Origin: Podarcis tiliguerta
Taxonomy: Eukaryota
NCBI GenBank assembly: GCA_965153285.1
Contig: OZ229122.1
Length of the DNA stretch: 64,000 nucleotides
Reading direction: 5' to 3' (one strand)
Every line of letters starts with the position of its first letter. Position 1 is the stretch's first letter. The notes under the pieces are model-generated. The model was not told the origin of the DNA, ran no database searches, and worked only from the letters and a program-made list of their open reading frames with translations. Shown here piece by piece: positions 25,931 to 35,877 of this stretch. Position numbers and translations under genes: made by a program.

Positions 25931-26884
25931 TCACCGAAAGGGTCTTCTATCCCAAATTCTTTTAAAGGCACCCTTTACCTCTTTATTCCTCAAGCTGTAT
26001 ATGAGGGGGTTCAAAATGGGACCGATAACAGTATAGAAAAGGGAGAGAAATTTGTCAGTGTTTGGTGAGTAAGTGGAATTGGGCTTCAAATATGTAATAC
26101 AAGCAGAACCATAGAACAAGGTCACCACAATGAGATGTGAAGAGCAGGTGGAGAAGGTTTTCTTCCGACCTTCAGAGGACGAGATCTTTAAAATGGTAGT
26201 TATAATGCCAGCATAAGACATCAAGATCAGGATAAAAGGCAAAGTCCCAAAGATCATAGTCGCCACAAAGACTGCAATTTCAACCCTTGAGGTGTCCCCA
26301 CAAGCCAATTTCAGCAAAGGAGGGATGTCACAAAAGAAGTGGTTAATCACATTGGAGCCACAATAGGAGAGAGTAAACATCATGGTGGTGTGACCAAAGG
26401 ACATCAGAAACCCACTTAACCAAGATGCTCCAGCTAAAGTAGTATAAACCTTTTGGCTCATCAGGATGTGGTAGTGTAAGGGCTTACATATGGCAACATA
26501 TCGATCATAGGCCATTGCGGCCAAAAGGAAACATTCTGACCCACCAAGGAAGAATATAAAGTAGGTCTGCACAGCACATCCGATGAAAGAGATGGATTTA
26601 TTTCCAGAAAGGAGGTTTGCCAGCATCTTAGGGACATTGACTGATGTGTAGCAGATCTCCATAAAAGACAGGTTTCTTAGGAAGAAATACATGGGGGTGT
26701 GGAGGGCAGGGTCAGCCAACGTCAGAAGAATGATGAGAAGGTTTCCTGCCAGAGTGATGATATAGAGTACCAGGAAAGTGGAAAATAATGCACTTTGCAG
26801 GTTGGGATCATCAGAAAGACCCAGGAGGATGAACGTTGCTGGTGTTGTACTGTTTTGTAGAATGTACTCTTTTCTGTTCTGCAT
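25931..26884 (-). CDS. Olfactory receptor, class II (OR10-like), array copy 5, 317 aa
   Basis: Intact ORF with all canonical OR motifs. Confidence 0.95.
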   Translation of the reverse strand: MQNRKEYILQNSTTPATFILLGLSDDPNLQSALFSTFLVLYIITLAGNLLIILLTLADPALHTPMYFFLRNLSFMEICYTSVNVPKMLANLLSGNKSISFIGCAVQTYFIFFLGGSECFLLAAMAYDRYVAICKPLHYHILMSQKVYTTLAGASWLSGFLMSFGHTTMMFTLSYCGSNVINHFFCDIPPLLKLACGDTSRVEIAVFVATMIFGTLPFILILMSYAGIITTILKISSSEGRKKTFSTCSSHLIVVTLFYGSACITYLKPNSTYSPNTDKFLSLFYTVIGPILNPLIYSLRNKEVKGAFKRIWDRRPFR

Positions 26885-29388
26885 CCTGGAAAGAGAACAT
26901 AAAGAACTGATTACTGTAATTTAGGATATGATTGTTTGGCTATACAAAATCTCTTTATATAGATTATATGTGGAACTCTGTTCAAGGACTGCCTAGCTGA
27001 TCAGGGAATGATTCAAAGGCACATACTGCAGTGTTTAACTTGATTGGAATCAATAGGATTTAGCAGTGATCTTATAATAAAAATTCCAAATTATACCTAT
27101 AGCTTCTGTGTCTTGTTCATATGGGGAAGAATTTTTTAAGAATCATAAAAGAGATTTCTCTGAAATTTCCATCTATATATGCATTTCCATCTATATAGTT
27201 TTCTTTATTAAATATAGCAAGTGCTAACCTTTGGTAGGATTGTTCCTAAATAGCATTATTAAAAGGCATCAAACTTGAAAAATAAACATTGTCCAAAATA
27301 ATTTAGTATCATTCAAGAGAAAGAATTTACGAAGTGTGTTCCTTCAGAGTGAAACATGTCAAAGGCTTCAAAAGAAAACAATCTGGTACTTACTGAACAC
27401 TGGAAGGTCACACCCAGCTCTCTGTTCCTGACGCCTTAGGTGCACTAGAGATTTCTCAGCCACAGTTATAGAACATAGTGATCCTAGGCTGCTTTCAGTG
27501 TATTTGCCTCTTTACCATGTTTTATTCTGCCAGATTCTTCCCTCTGGGAGCTGTGCTCCAAGACAGATCACAATGAATAACTCACTGATCAGGCAGATGC
27601 ATTAATGTAGCTATTCAGTTATCCATTGTGATATTTCTTTTAAAATAAATTTAAAGCGCTTCATTCTTTGTTCTATGGGGCATATGGCTGTGCAGACATA
27701 GAATTATAGAACTGTAGAGTTCGAAGGGATGTAAGGGTCATCTAGTCCAACCCCTTGCATGGGGTTAATGGGGTGGGGAGGGGTTGTACCTCTGTTGGTA
27801 CACAAATGATTTTTCTTGGATAGTTTGTTCCCCTTTGGTCCCCCCCCCCTCCACTCAGCTGTCACCTGTGGCTCCCAGAAGCAGTCTTCTGGGACAACTC
27901 CTGCAGTTAAGCTGGTATCAAATGTATTGGTGTTTTTTCTCGACCACATCAGTGAGGTTGAGAAGGGGGTCTTGTCAACTGAGCAGCCCAGAACATCCAT
28001 TCATTTCTACCAATTCAGTGGTTTGTCCTCAAACAATCAGATTGATTGAGACAGATTGATTCCAACAAATATGCTGTAATGTTAAAACACTTTCTTGACC
28101 ATATTGTATAACCTATTGCAAACAAACAAGAATTAATGCTCAGTTCCCCATCATTTTCCAGGCACAAATACGGGATTTAAATCTCTGTGTCCTTGGTTCC
28201 CCTCCCCCCCATGTCAGCGCTTTCCCCATGAAAACCCACTCTTCCAGGCAGAATCAGAGCAAATGTCAATTCGGGTTTTCTGAGGTTTGACATTTTCTCC
28301 AATTCAACTTTTAAAAGTGTTTTTTCATGAGGAAGCTCTGGAGGAGGTGATGTGGAAGCATTCAGAAAAGAAGCTTTAAATTGCAGACAATTTATGGAAA
28401 GCGTGGAGAAAATGTAAGTGTGGGTGATGCTTATCCTTGCCACAAACATTGTACAAAGAAATCAGTATGAATGCAAAATAAACAGATCATCGAGAACTGA
28501 CCTTAATAGCAAGCTGGACCACTAAAATCCTTACTTTCCCCCCTAAAAGTTAGATCGTTTGATTAGATAGATAGATGACAGATAGATAGATATAGATGAT
28601 AGATTTGCATATTCTCCCTTGCCCATTCTAAGTCATTGAAAGGGCTACAGGGGTGATTGTCCTGAATGACTGAGACCAGGCTTGGTTTCACCAATAAAAG
28701 TTGTAGTTACCACCATTTGGTATACAAAAGAAAGTTCATAAAACGTACAATGAAAGGATTGGGGAGAAATTTCGTTCCCTTCCTTCCACAGCTGTCAGTC
28801 TGGGTGTAGGTCAGTTATGCCCGAACCAGCAAGTAAGCTGCCCCTCCCCCATCTGCTTAATATACTCTGCAGCCAAATGGGTGATTTCAGAGGATCCAAA
28901 GCAGGTAATGAGGAGGGGAGACACAGAGAGCACCTAGCGTTCTTGGATCTTTTCTGAGCCCATTGTAGCTTTCTCTTCTTTGGCAGACTCCAATCTTAAC
29001 ACATATAGAATGGCTCCAAAATGTTGTAGGCACATAAGTGAAAAATTCCATTTGGGTCTGGCAACAATACACACGATAATCCAGACAGTTATTTTGATGA
29101 AGTTTATTAAGAGCTAAGCAGAAAGTAAGAGGACAAATGGTAGTTCAATGATAACAACAATAGAAATAATTCCACAGGTTATCCCATGCCTTGCTATAAT
29201 GATAGCATAGAACTGCAGAGTTGGAAGGGACCCTGAGGGTCAACTGGTTCAACCTCCTGCAGGACCTATCTTACTGCAGCTACTTACAATCAGCCTTTGG
29301 GTATACCGTAATTCTGTGTAAAGAAGCAGCATTGATTTCAAACCCTCCAACATGTCTCCAATGAAAACAAGGACACCCTATTATTATT

Positions 29389-29420
<32 letters not shown>

Positions 29421-30473
29421 AGTTGTTGTTATCAATCCCCTGCCCATCTGACTGGGTTGCCCCAGCCAATCTGTGTGGCTTCCAACATATATAAAAACAT
29501 TAAAAAACACATTCCCTATACAATGCTTCCTTCAAAGGCTGTATAGTTACTTATCTCCTTGGCTTGGGGGTTGCCTAACTCCATACCTCCAAAATTTCTC
29601 CAATGAAAATAGGGACATCCTAAGAAAAGCGGGACATTCTGGGATCGAACCAGAAACTGAGACAACTTCTGTAAATCCAGGACTATCCCTGTAAAAAAGG
29701 GAAATGTGGAGGGTCTATGATGGTCAAGTAATATGAGGGATGTTGAGAGACAATGGGCTATATGGCAACAGTTCAATTCCAAGAGGTTTGATCCAGGTAG
29801 GTCTTGAATGATATCTGGCATTGTCCAGACAATCACAAGGCAGTCAATAGCCAGGGGGACGGCAATCAACACTAATTTAGTCTCTGCAAATTTTGGAAAT
29901 CAATGCAGAAGAAAGCTAGATTTAGGGTTCTTTATACTGGATGAAATAGACAAATGAAAACACCACTGGAACAGAAGCATGCTAGGAGAAGTCCAAACGG
30001 AGGGAATTATTGCATTGTGAGTTCGTGTGACAAAATGTGGGCAGTATCCCTGCATATAATTCTTTCCTGTCCTTTATAATGTAGTTCAGCATTTTAGCAA
30101 TTTTTAAAATATAAAAAACACCACAGTTCTGGAATGTAGCTGCTATTGCAGTGCAAAAGGAATGTGAGAAATTGGGACAGAAGCACAAGCATCATAACTG
30201 GAAAAACTCATGCAATAAACCCCACCTCTGAATGTAGCTTGGCAGAAGTTCTCCAGAGTTTCAGGTAAAAATCTTTCGCAGCCCTGCCTGAACTGAACAT
30301 GGGACCCTTTGCAGACAAAGCTTGTGATTTACCCTTCGGCTCCGATGGTTGGGGATGAAGGGGCAGGAAACTTTCTGACAGAGAATGACTTTCATATTAA
30401 GTTATATTAGGTTCCAAGCTTAATCGAGGATGATTCACACTTCCCCCAATAGTTTTCCATCCATTCCCCAATA

Positions 30474-30691
30474 CAGTGGTACCTCGGGTTAAGTACTTAA
30501 TTCGCACGGGAGGTCCGTACTTAACCTGAAACTGTTCTTAACCTGAAGCACCACTTTAGCTAATGGGACCTCCTGTTGCTGCCGCACTGCTGGAGCACAA
30601 TTTCTGTCCTCATGCTGAAGCAAAGTTCTTAGCGGAGTCTGTAACCTGAAGTGTATGTAACCTGAAGCTTATGTAACCCAAGGTACCACTG
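30474..30691. mobile_element. Tc1/mariner (Tigger-like) MITE
   Basis: TIRs CAGTGGTACCT...AGGTACCACTG, TA TSD on both sides; absent from the paralogous units. Confidence 0.9.
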
Positions 30692-31034
30692 TACAGAATG
30701 TTTAGGAGGAATCTTCAACCCTCTCAGAGATATCTTTTGGGGGATTTTTGTAGATTTCACTAGGAGGGAAGCACAATCTTTCCTCACACAAATTTATGTA
30801 CTATAAATTATCCCACTGTTTGAGTTGTTAGGTAGATACAGGCAAGGTCAAATGAATTAAATTCCCATTTAAATCAAGGATCTTACATCAAAGCATAATT
30901 AACTTAATCCCATTAATTTTAAGGGGACCACAGGTTTACTAAATCATTCTGGATCCAAGCTAATGCTTTCAGAAATCAGTAGGTACAAGTCCCTACCTAT
31001 TTTGGAACTCCCACAATATGTCAGTTCATTTTTA

Positions 31035-31988
31035 TCACCGAAAAGGTCTTCTATCCCAAATTCTTTTAAAGGCACCCTTTACCTCTTTATTCCTCAAGCT
31101 GTAAATGAGGGGGTTCAAAATGGGACCGATAACTGTATAGAAAAGTGAGAGAAATTTGTCAGTGTTTGGTGAGTAAGTGGAATTGGGCTTCAAATATGTA
31201 ATACAAGCAGAACCATAGAACAAGGTCACCACAATGAGGTGTGAAGAGCAGGTGGAGAAGGTCTTCTTCCGACCTTCAGAGGACGAGATCTTCAAAATGG
31301 TGGTTATAATGCCCGCATAAGACATCAAGATCAGGATAAAAGGAAAAGTCACAAAAATCATAGCCACCACAAAGACTGCAATTTCAACCCTTGAGGTGTC
31401 CCCACAAGCCAATTTCAGCAAAGGAGGGATGTCACAGACAAAGTGATTGATCACATTTGAGCCACAGTAGGAGACAGTAAACACCATGCTGGTGTGACCA
31501 AAGGACATCAGAAACCCACTTAACCAAGATAGCACAGCTAAAGTAGTATAAACTTTTTGGCTCATCAAGACAGGGTAGTGTAAGGGCTTACAAATGGCAA
31601 CATATCGATCATAGGCCATTGAGGCCAAAAGGAAACATTCTGACCCACCAAGGAAGAAATCAAAGTAGGTCTGCAGAGCACATCCGATGAAGGAGATGGA
31701 TTTATTTCCAGAATGGAGGTTTGCCAGCATCTTAGGGACATTGACTGATGTGTAGCAGATTTCCAGAAAAGACAGGTTTCTTAGGAAGAAATACATGGGA
31801 GTGTGGAGGGCAGAGTCAACCAATGTCAGAAGAATGATGAGAAGGTTTCCTGTCAGAATAATGATATAAAGTGCCAGGAAAGTGAAGAATAATGCACTTT
31901 GCAGGTTTGGATCGTCAGAAAGACCCAGGAGGATGAACGTTGCTGGTGTTGTACTGTTTTGTAGAATGTATTCTTTTCTGTTATGCAT
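31035..31988 (-). CDS. Olfactory receptor, class II (OR10-like), array copy 6, 317 aa
   Basis: Intact ORF from MHNRKE with OR motifs; NHFVCD variant; TM3 reads YFDFF (Asp at 3.32). Confidence 0.94.
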   Translation of the reverse strand: MHNRKEYILQNSTTPATFILLGLSDDPNLQSALFFTFLALYIIILTGNLLIILLTLVDSALHTPMYFFLRNLSFLEICYTSVNVPKMLANLHSGNKSISFIGCALQTYFDFFLGGSECFLLASMAYDRYVAICKPLHYPVLMSQKVYTTLAVLSWLSGFLMSFGHTSMVFTVSYCGSNVINHFVCDIPPLLKLACGDTSRVEIAVFVVAMIFVTFPFILILMSYAGIITTILKISSSEGRKKTFSTCSSHLIVVTLFYGSACITYLKPNSTYSPNTDKFLSLFYTVIGPILNPLIYSLRNKEVKGAFKRIWDRRPFR

Positions 31989-34232
31989 CCTGGAAAAGAA
32001 CATACTTGAACATGAATTTAGGATATGATTGGTTGTTACAAAATCTTTTTATATAGTGTATATGTGGAACTCTGTTATAAGAGTACCTAGCAGATCAGGG
32101 AATGATGCAAAGTCACATAGCATACTTCTAAAACAGAAGTTACTAAGTTCTGGTTCTAGCATTGTCTTCATATTATACCTTCTATGCATTATATTTAAGC
32201 TTTCATGAACACTTTGAAAAATGAGTGGAATATAAGTAGTTGACGTGCTTTTAACTACTGTTATCTCGTGTAAATTTTATATTATAAATAGGTGATCTAG
32301 CTACATCAGTTTTAAGCCCTGTTGTTTTCATTGCTAGAATAGAATAAAGTATTTAACTGAAATCAATAGAATTTAGAAGTGATCTTATAATAAATATTCT
32401 AAAGTATGCTTATAGCTCCCATGTCTTCTTAATATGGGGAAGTTTTATTTTCATAATCATTGAACGATTTCACGGAAAATGCAATTCATATAATCATCAA
32501 TTTCTTTATTAAAAATAGGATTTATAATTGGTAGGATTTTTCCTCAATAAATGCATCAAACTTGAAAAATAATAATTGTCCAAGAAATAATTTAGTATCA
32601 GTCATGAGGAGTGTACTAAGAGTGAAACATGCCAAAGCCTTCAAAAGAAAATAATCTCATACTTACGGAATACCTGGAAGGTCACACCCAGCTCTCTGCT
32701 CTTGACTCACCAGTGGCAATAGTGATTTTTCAGCCACACTGATAGAAGGCGGGGATCTTAGGCTGCTTGCAATGTATTTGCCTCTTCACCAGCCACAATG
32801 GCCATGTTTTATTTTCCCATATTCTTCCCTCTGGGAGCTGTGCTCCAAAACAGATCACAGTGAATGACAGTTGGAGTGGCCACATGCGTTATTAAGGTTA
32901 TTCATTGTGACAGTTCTTTTAAAATCCTTTGCTTGAAGGGACATACGATTGTACGGACATACACAGGTCTCTGTACACATTTGCTGGTTTGCTGCATGTC
33001 ACCACTTTAGTGCATGATTTGTTTGCTTCAATCCTTTATCCACCTACCTGAATGTGAGCCTTTTTGATCTCAAGGGAATTTACTTCTGAGCAGAAATGTA
33101 CTGGAATGCACTGTTAGTGTTTCTCCACCCCCCCCCCTTTGCTTAATATTGACTTATAATATTTGCTTTTAATTTTCGCATATCACTTTGAGTGATTCAT
33201 ACAAACAAAATGGAAACCAGCAACAGCACTTGGATGTGAACCCAGCCCATTGTTAGGAGTGTTTCTTTCCTGATATCACATAGCGATATTTTGTTTTTCT
33301 TATTTTCAGCTCCTTTGTTTATTTCCACCAAACTGAAAGGAAATTTTCTTCTAATGTGTCTAAACCATTTCGGAGTCATGCTGCGTGTGTTTAAATTGGG
33401 GAATGATGAAGAAAAGAAGGCCACATTGGGCTCAGAGTACAGCCAGGAAGGTTAGGTCTTCCCTGCTTATTACCTACCTTGGGTCCTCCCTATCTGGGGA
33501 AAATCACCCCTATCTGGGGGCAGAGGGTGCTAACCAGGTGTGGTGACAGCTTACTTGATAGCTCTGGCCTGACTGGCCTATCCAGACTGGCAGTTGTGGA
33601 AGGAAGGGAATTAAAGTTCTTCCCTGCTTCCATTGTACTTCTTACTGACTTTGCCTTATACATCACATTGGGCCAACTACACCCTTTCTTGGTGAAACCA
33701 AGCCTGGTCTAAGTCATTCATGAAAATCACTCCCTGTTGCTCTTTCAAAGAGTTATAATGACCAATGTAGTCATTATATACACACACATATAATCCCCCA
33801 GACATGGAGATTATAAGAAATCTTTTGAAATAAGAAAGTAAGGATTTAGGTGGTTCAGCTTGCTTGTAAGGTCACTTCTAGATGACCTGTTTATGGAGAA
33901 TTCATCCTGACTTCTTTGTACAAAATTTGTAGCCAGGTTAGGCAACATCAGCTATTTATTGAGTATTCATTCTGGACTGCTATATGCATTGCCCATGTTT
34001 GTACCCTATGGTTGTCACTTAGGTGCTGCCAGGGATACCAATTTGAATAAAATATTGGGGGGGGGGGCAGAAAAATCCTGCCCCACATCATTGATCACAT
34101 GGCATGGCATACTCACACCATTTAAATGGCAATACCAATCAACATTTTTTTGGGGGGGGGCTCAAATATTTTATTGGAGAGGCTGAAGGGACCTTGGCCC
34201 CTATGAGTTGGCTTCTGATAATTGGAACCCAA

Positions 34233-34345
34233 AGTCCACCAGTCCCTGGGGCAAGCCTTGATTCACTTTCACAGATTGTCCTGATTCAGTCCACCAGTCC
34301 CTGGAGCAAGCCTTGATTCACTATCACAGATTGTCCTGATTCAGT
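34233..34345 (+). repeat. Tandem duplication, 2 x 55 bp
   Basis: agtccaccagtccctgg(g/a)gcaagccttgattcact(t/a)tcacagattgtcctgattc starts at 34233 and again at 34288. Confidence 0.9.
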
Positions 34346-34459
34346 TCAGGATTGTGAGTCTTTGTGGGCTGTATGCACAGACCTAATGAATAGCTGCTGA
34401 TGTTTCTAAAGGGAGAGAAAAACTTTATAGGCAATTTAATATATGATGTATTTTTTATG

Positions 34460-34760
34460 ATTTTATTTATTTATTCAATAAAAGTTATACATCGCTTGAT
34501 TGTAAAGACAAACTTCAAAGTCATTAACAAAGAGAATAAAACAATCAGGAAAAACAGTTAATATCAACTACTGAAAATATTCAAAATATGAAATCAGCAG
34601 TAAACTAAGAACAGATAAGACATACATCAGCACCCTAGATATTTGTGTAGGCTTGTCTAAACAAAAATGTTTCTTAGCAGGCACAAAATAGATTACAGTC
34701 AAGGTGCTTGCCTCATGTCAACAGGAAGGAAGTTCCAAAGTGTTGGTGCTGCCACATTAA
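34460..34760 (-). mobile_element. Degraded L2-type 3' end
   Basis: (TTTA)n tail followed by ...ggaagttccaaagtgttggtgctgccaca, resembling the reverse complement of an L2 3' end. Confidence 0.45.
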
Positions 34761-35118
34761 AATATCGATTTTGATCTTTTATTTAGGCCCTTTTGTTACT
34801 TTTGTGACATGATTGCTGCTTCTGTGTAGGTCAGCTCCAACTGCAACTGCATGTTTCTGTCATGTAATTCTACTCAGTATTGATCCAGAGTAGATTCCAA
34901 TGTATAGTTAGCAGAGTAACAACTTAAACATGTTGCAGGCTTCCCAAAAAATAGACAAGAGGCAATTGCAGAGCTTTACTGCTACTGAAGGCAAATGAGC
35001 ATAATGGTCACAAATCCAATACATTCAGGATTGGCCCTGTCCATAAGAAATCCAGTTACAGATGACTTAAACTTAAATTTACAATAACTTATAAATGTAA
35101 ACCTTAACACTAAGCATG

Positions 35119-35361
35119 CAGTGGTACCTCGGGTTAAGAACATAATTCATTCTGAAGGTCCGTTCTTAAACCTGAAACTGTTCTTAACCTGAGGTACCAC
35201 TTCAGCTAATGGGGCCTCCCACTGCCGCCGCACTGCCGCCGCATGATTTCGATTCTCATCCTGAAGCAAAGTTCTTAACATGAGCTAATACTTCCGGTTT
35301 AGCAGAGTCTGTAACCTGAAGCGTCTGTAATCGGAAGCGTCTGTAACTCGAAGTACCACTG
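35119..35361. mobile_element. Tc1/mariner (Tigger-like) MITE, same family
   Basis: CAGTGGTACCTCGGGTT...AAGTACCACTG, with an internal sequence shared with the 30474 and 47187 copies. Confidence 0.85.
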
Positions 35362-35877
35362 TCCTATGTACAGTACAGAACACCACACCAGAAGGGAAAG
35401 AGATAGAAAGTGAAAGTGAAACCCAGGCTCCTTTGGGCCTTAGTTTTACAGTCAGCATGACCTTGACAGAAGAGAGAAGAGAACCAGTTCAAACCAGCTG
35501 TACTCAGCTTCTCTGAGGGAATAACCCAAATATCATGAAGTTTCTTTCACACAGAGTAGCTTCTAGAACCCTCTTGAATTCATTAGAATAGGAAATATCT
35601 CTACACATTAAATCAATACTTTCTGCACTAAAAAATGCAGTCTCAACCTAGTGCAGGGATGAGGAGTCTGTTGTCCTTTGGATGTTCTTGGACTGCAGCT
35701 CTCATCATTCCTAACCACTGAGGCCAACATCAACCAGAGGATAAAAGATACCCTACCCCTGCTCTGGCATCACCAATTTCTGAAGGGATAAAGGACAATT
35801 GGGTCATAAGAATAACCTAGAGATTTGGCCCTTAAGAGGTGCGTAGCCATTTCCAAACAGATTGATTGTCTAATTAG

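Larger units (their letters stand above)
1..33000 (-). repeat. Tandem segmental duplication array, six OR-containing units
   Basis: Stop-to-stop spacings are 4365, 8340, 4849, 5715 and 5104 bp. Intergenic sequence is colinear between units; length differences come from insertions and deletions. Confidence 0.95.

Noticed and set aside
562-31148. Recurrent 60-120 aa ORFs in each unit (MSLSFH..., MYCCQTQ..., MHSEISRY..., MLIDIPLATD...)
   Set aside because: They recur only because the DNA is duplicated. Many start at TTG/GTG, frames break between copies, and some are simply antisense to the OR 3' end.
1-33000. Periodic repeats as a CRISPR-like or cassette-switching system
   Set aside because: The units are kilobase-scale gene duplications with no short repeat-spacer structure and no recombinase or cas genes.
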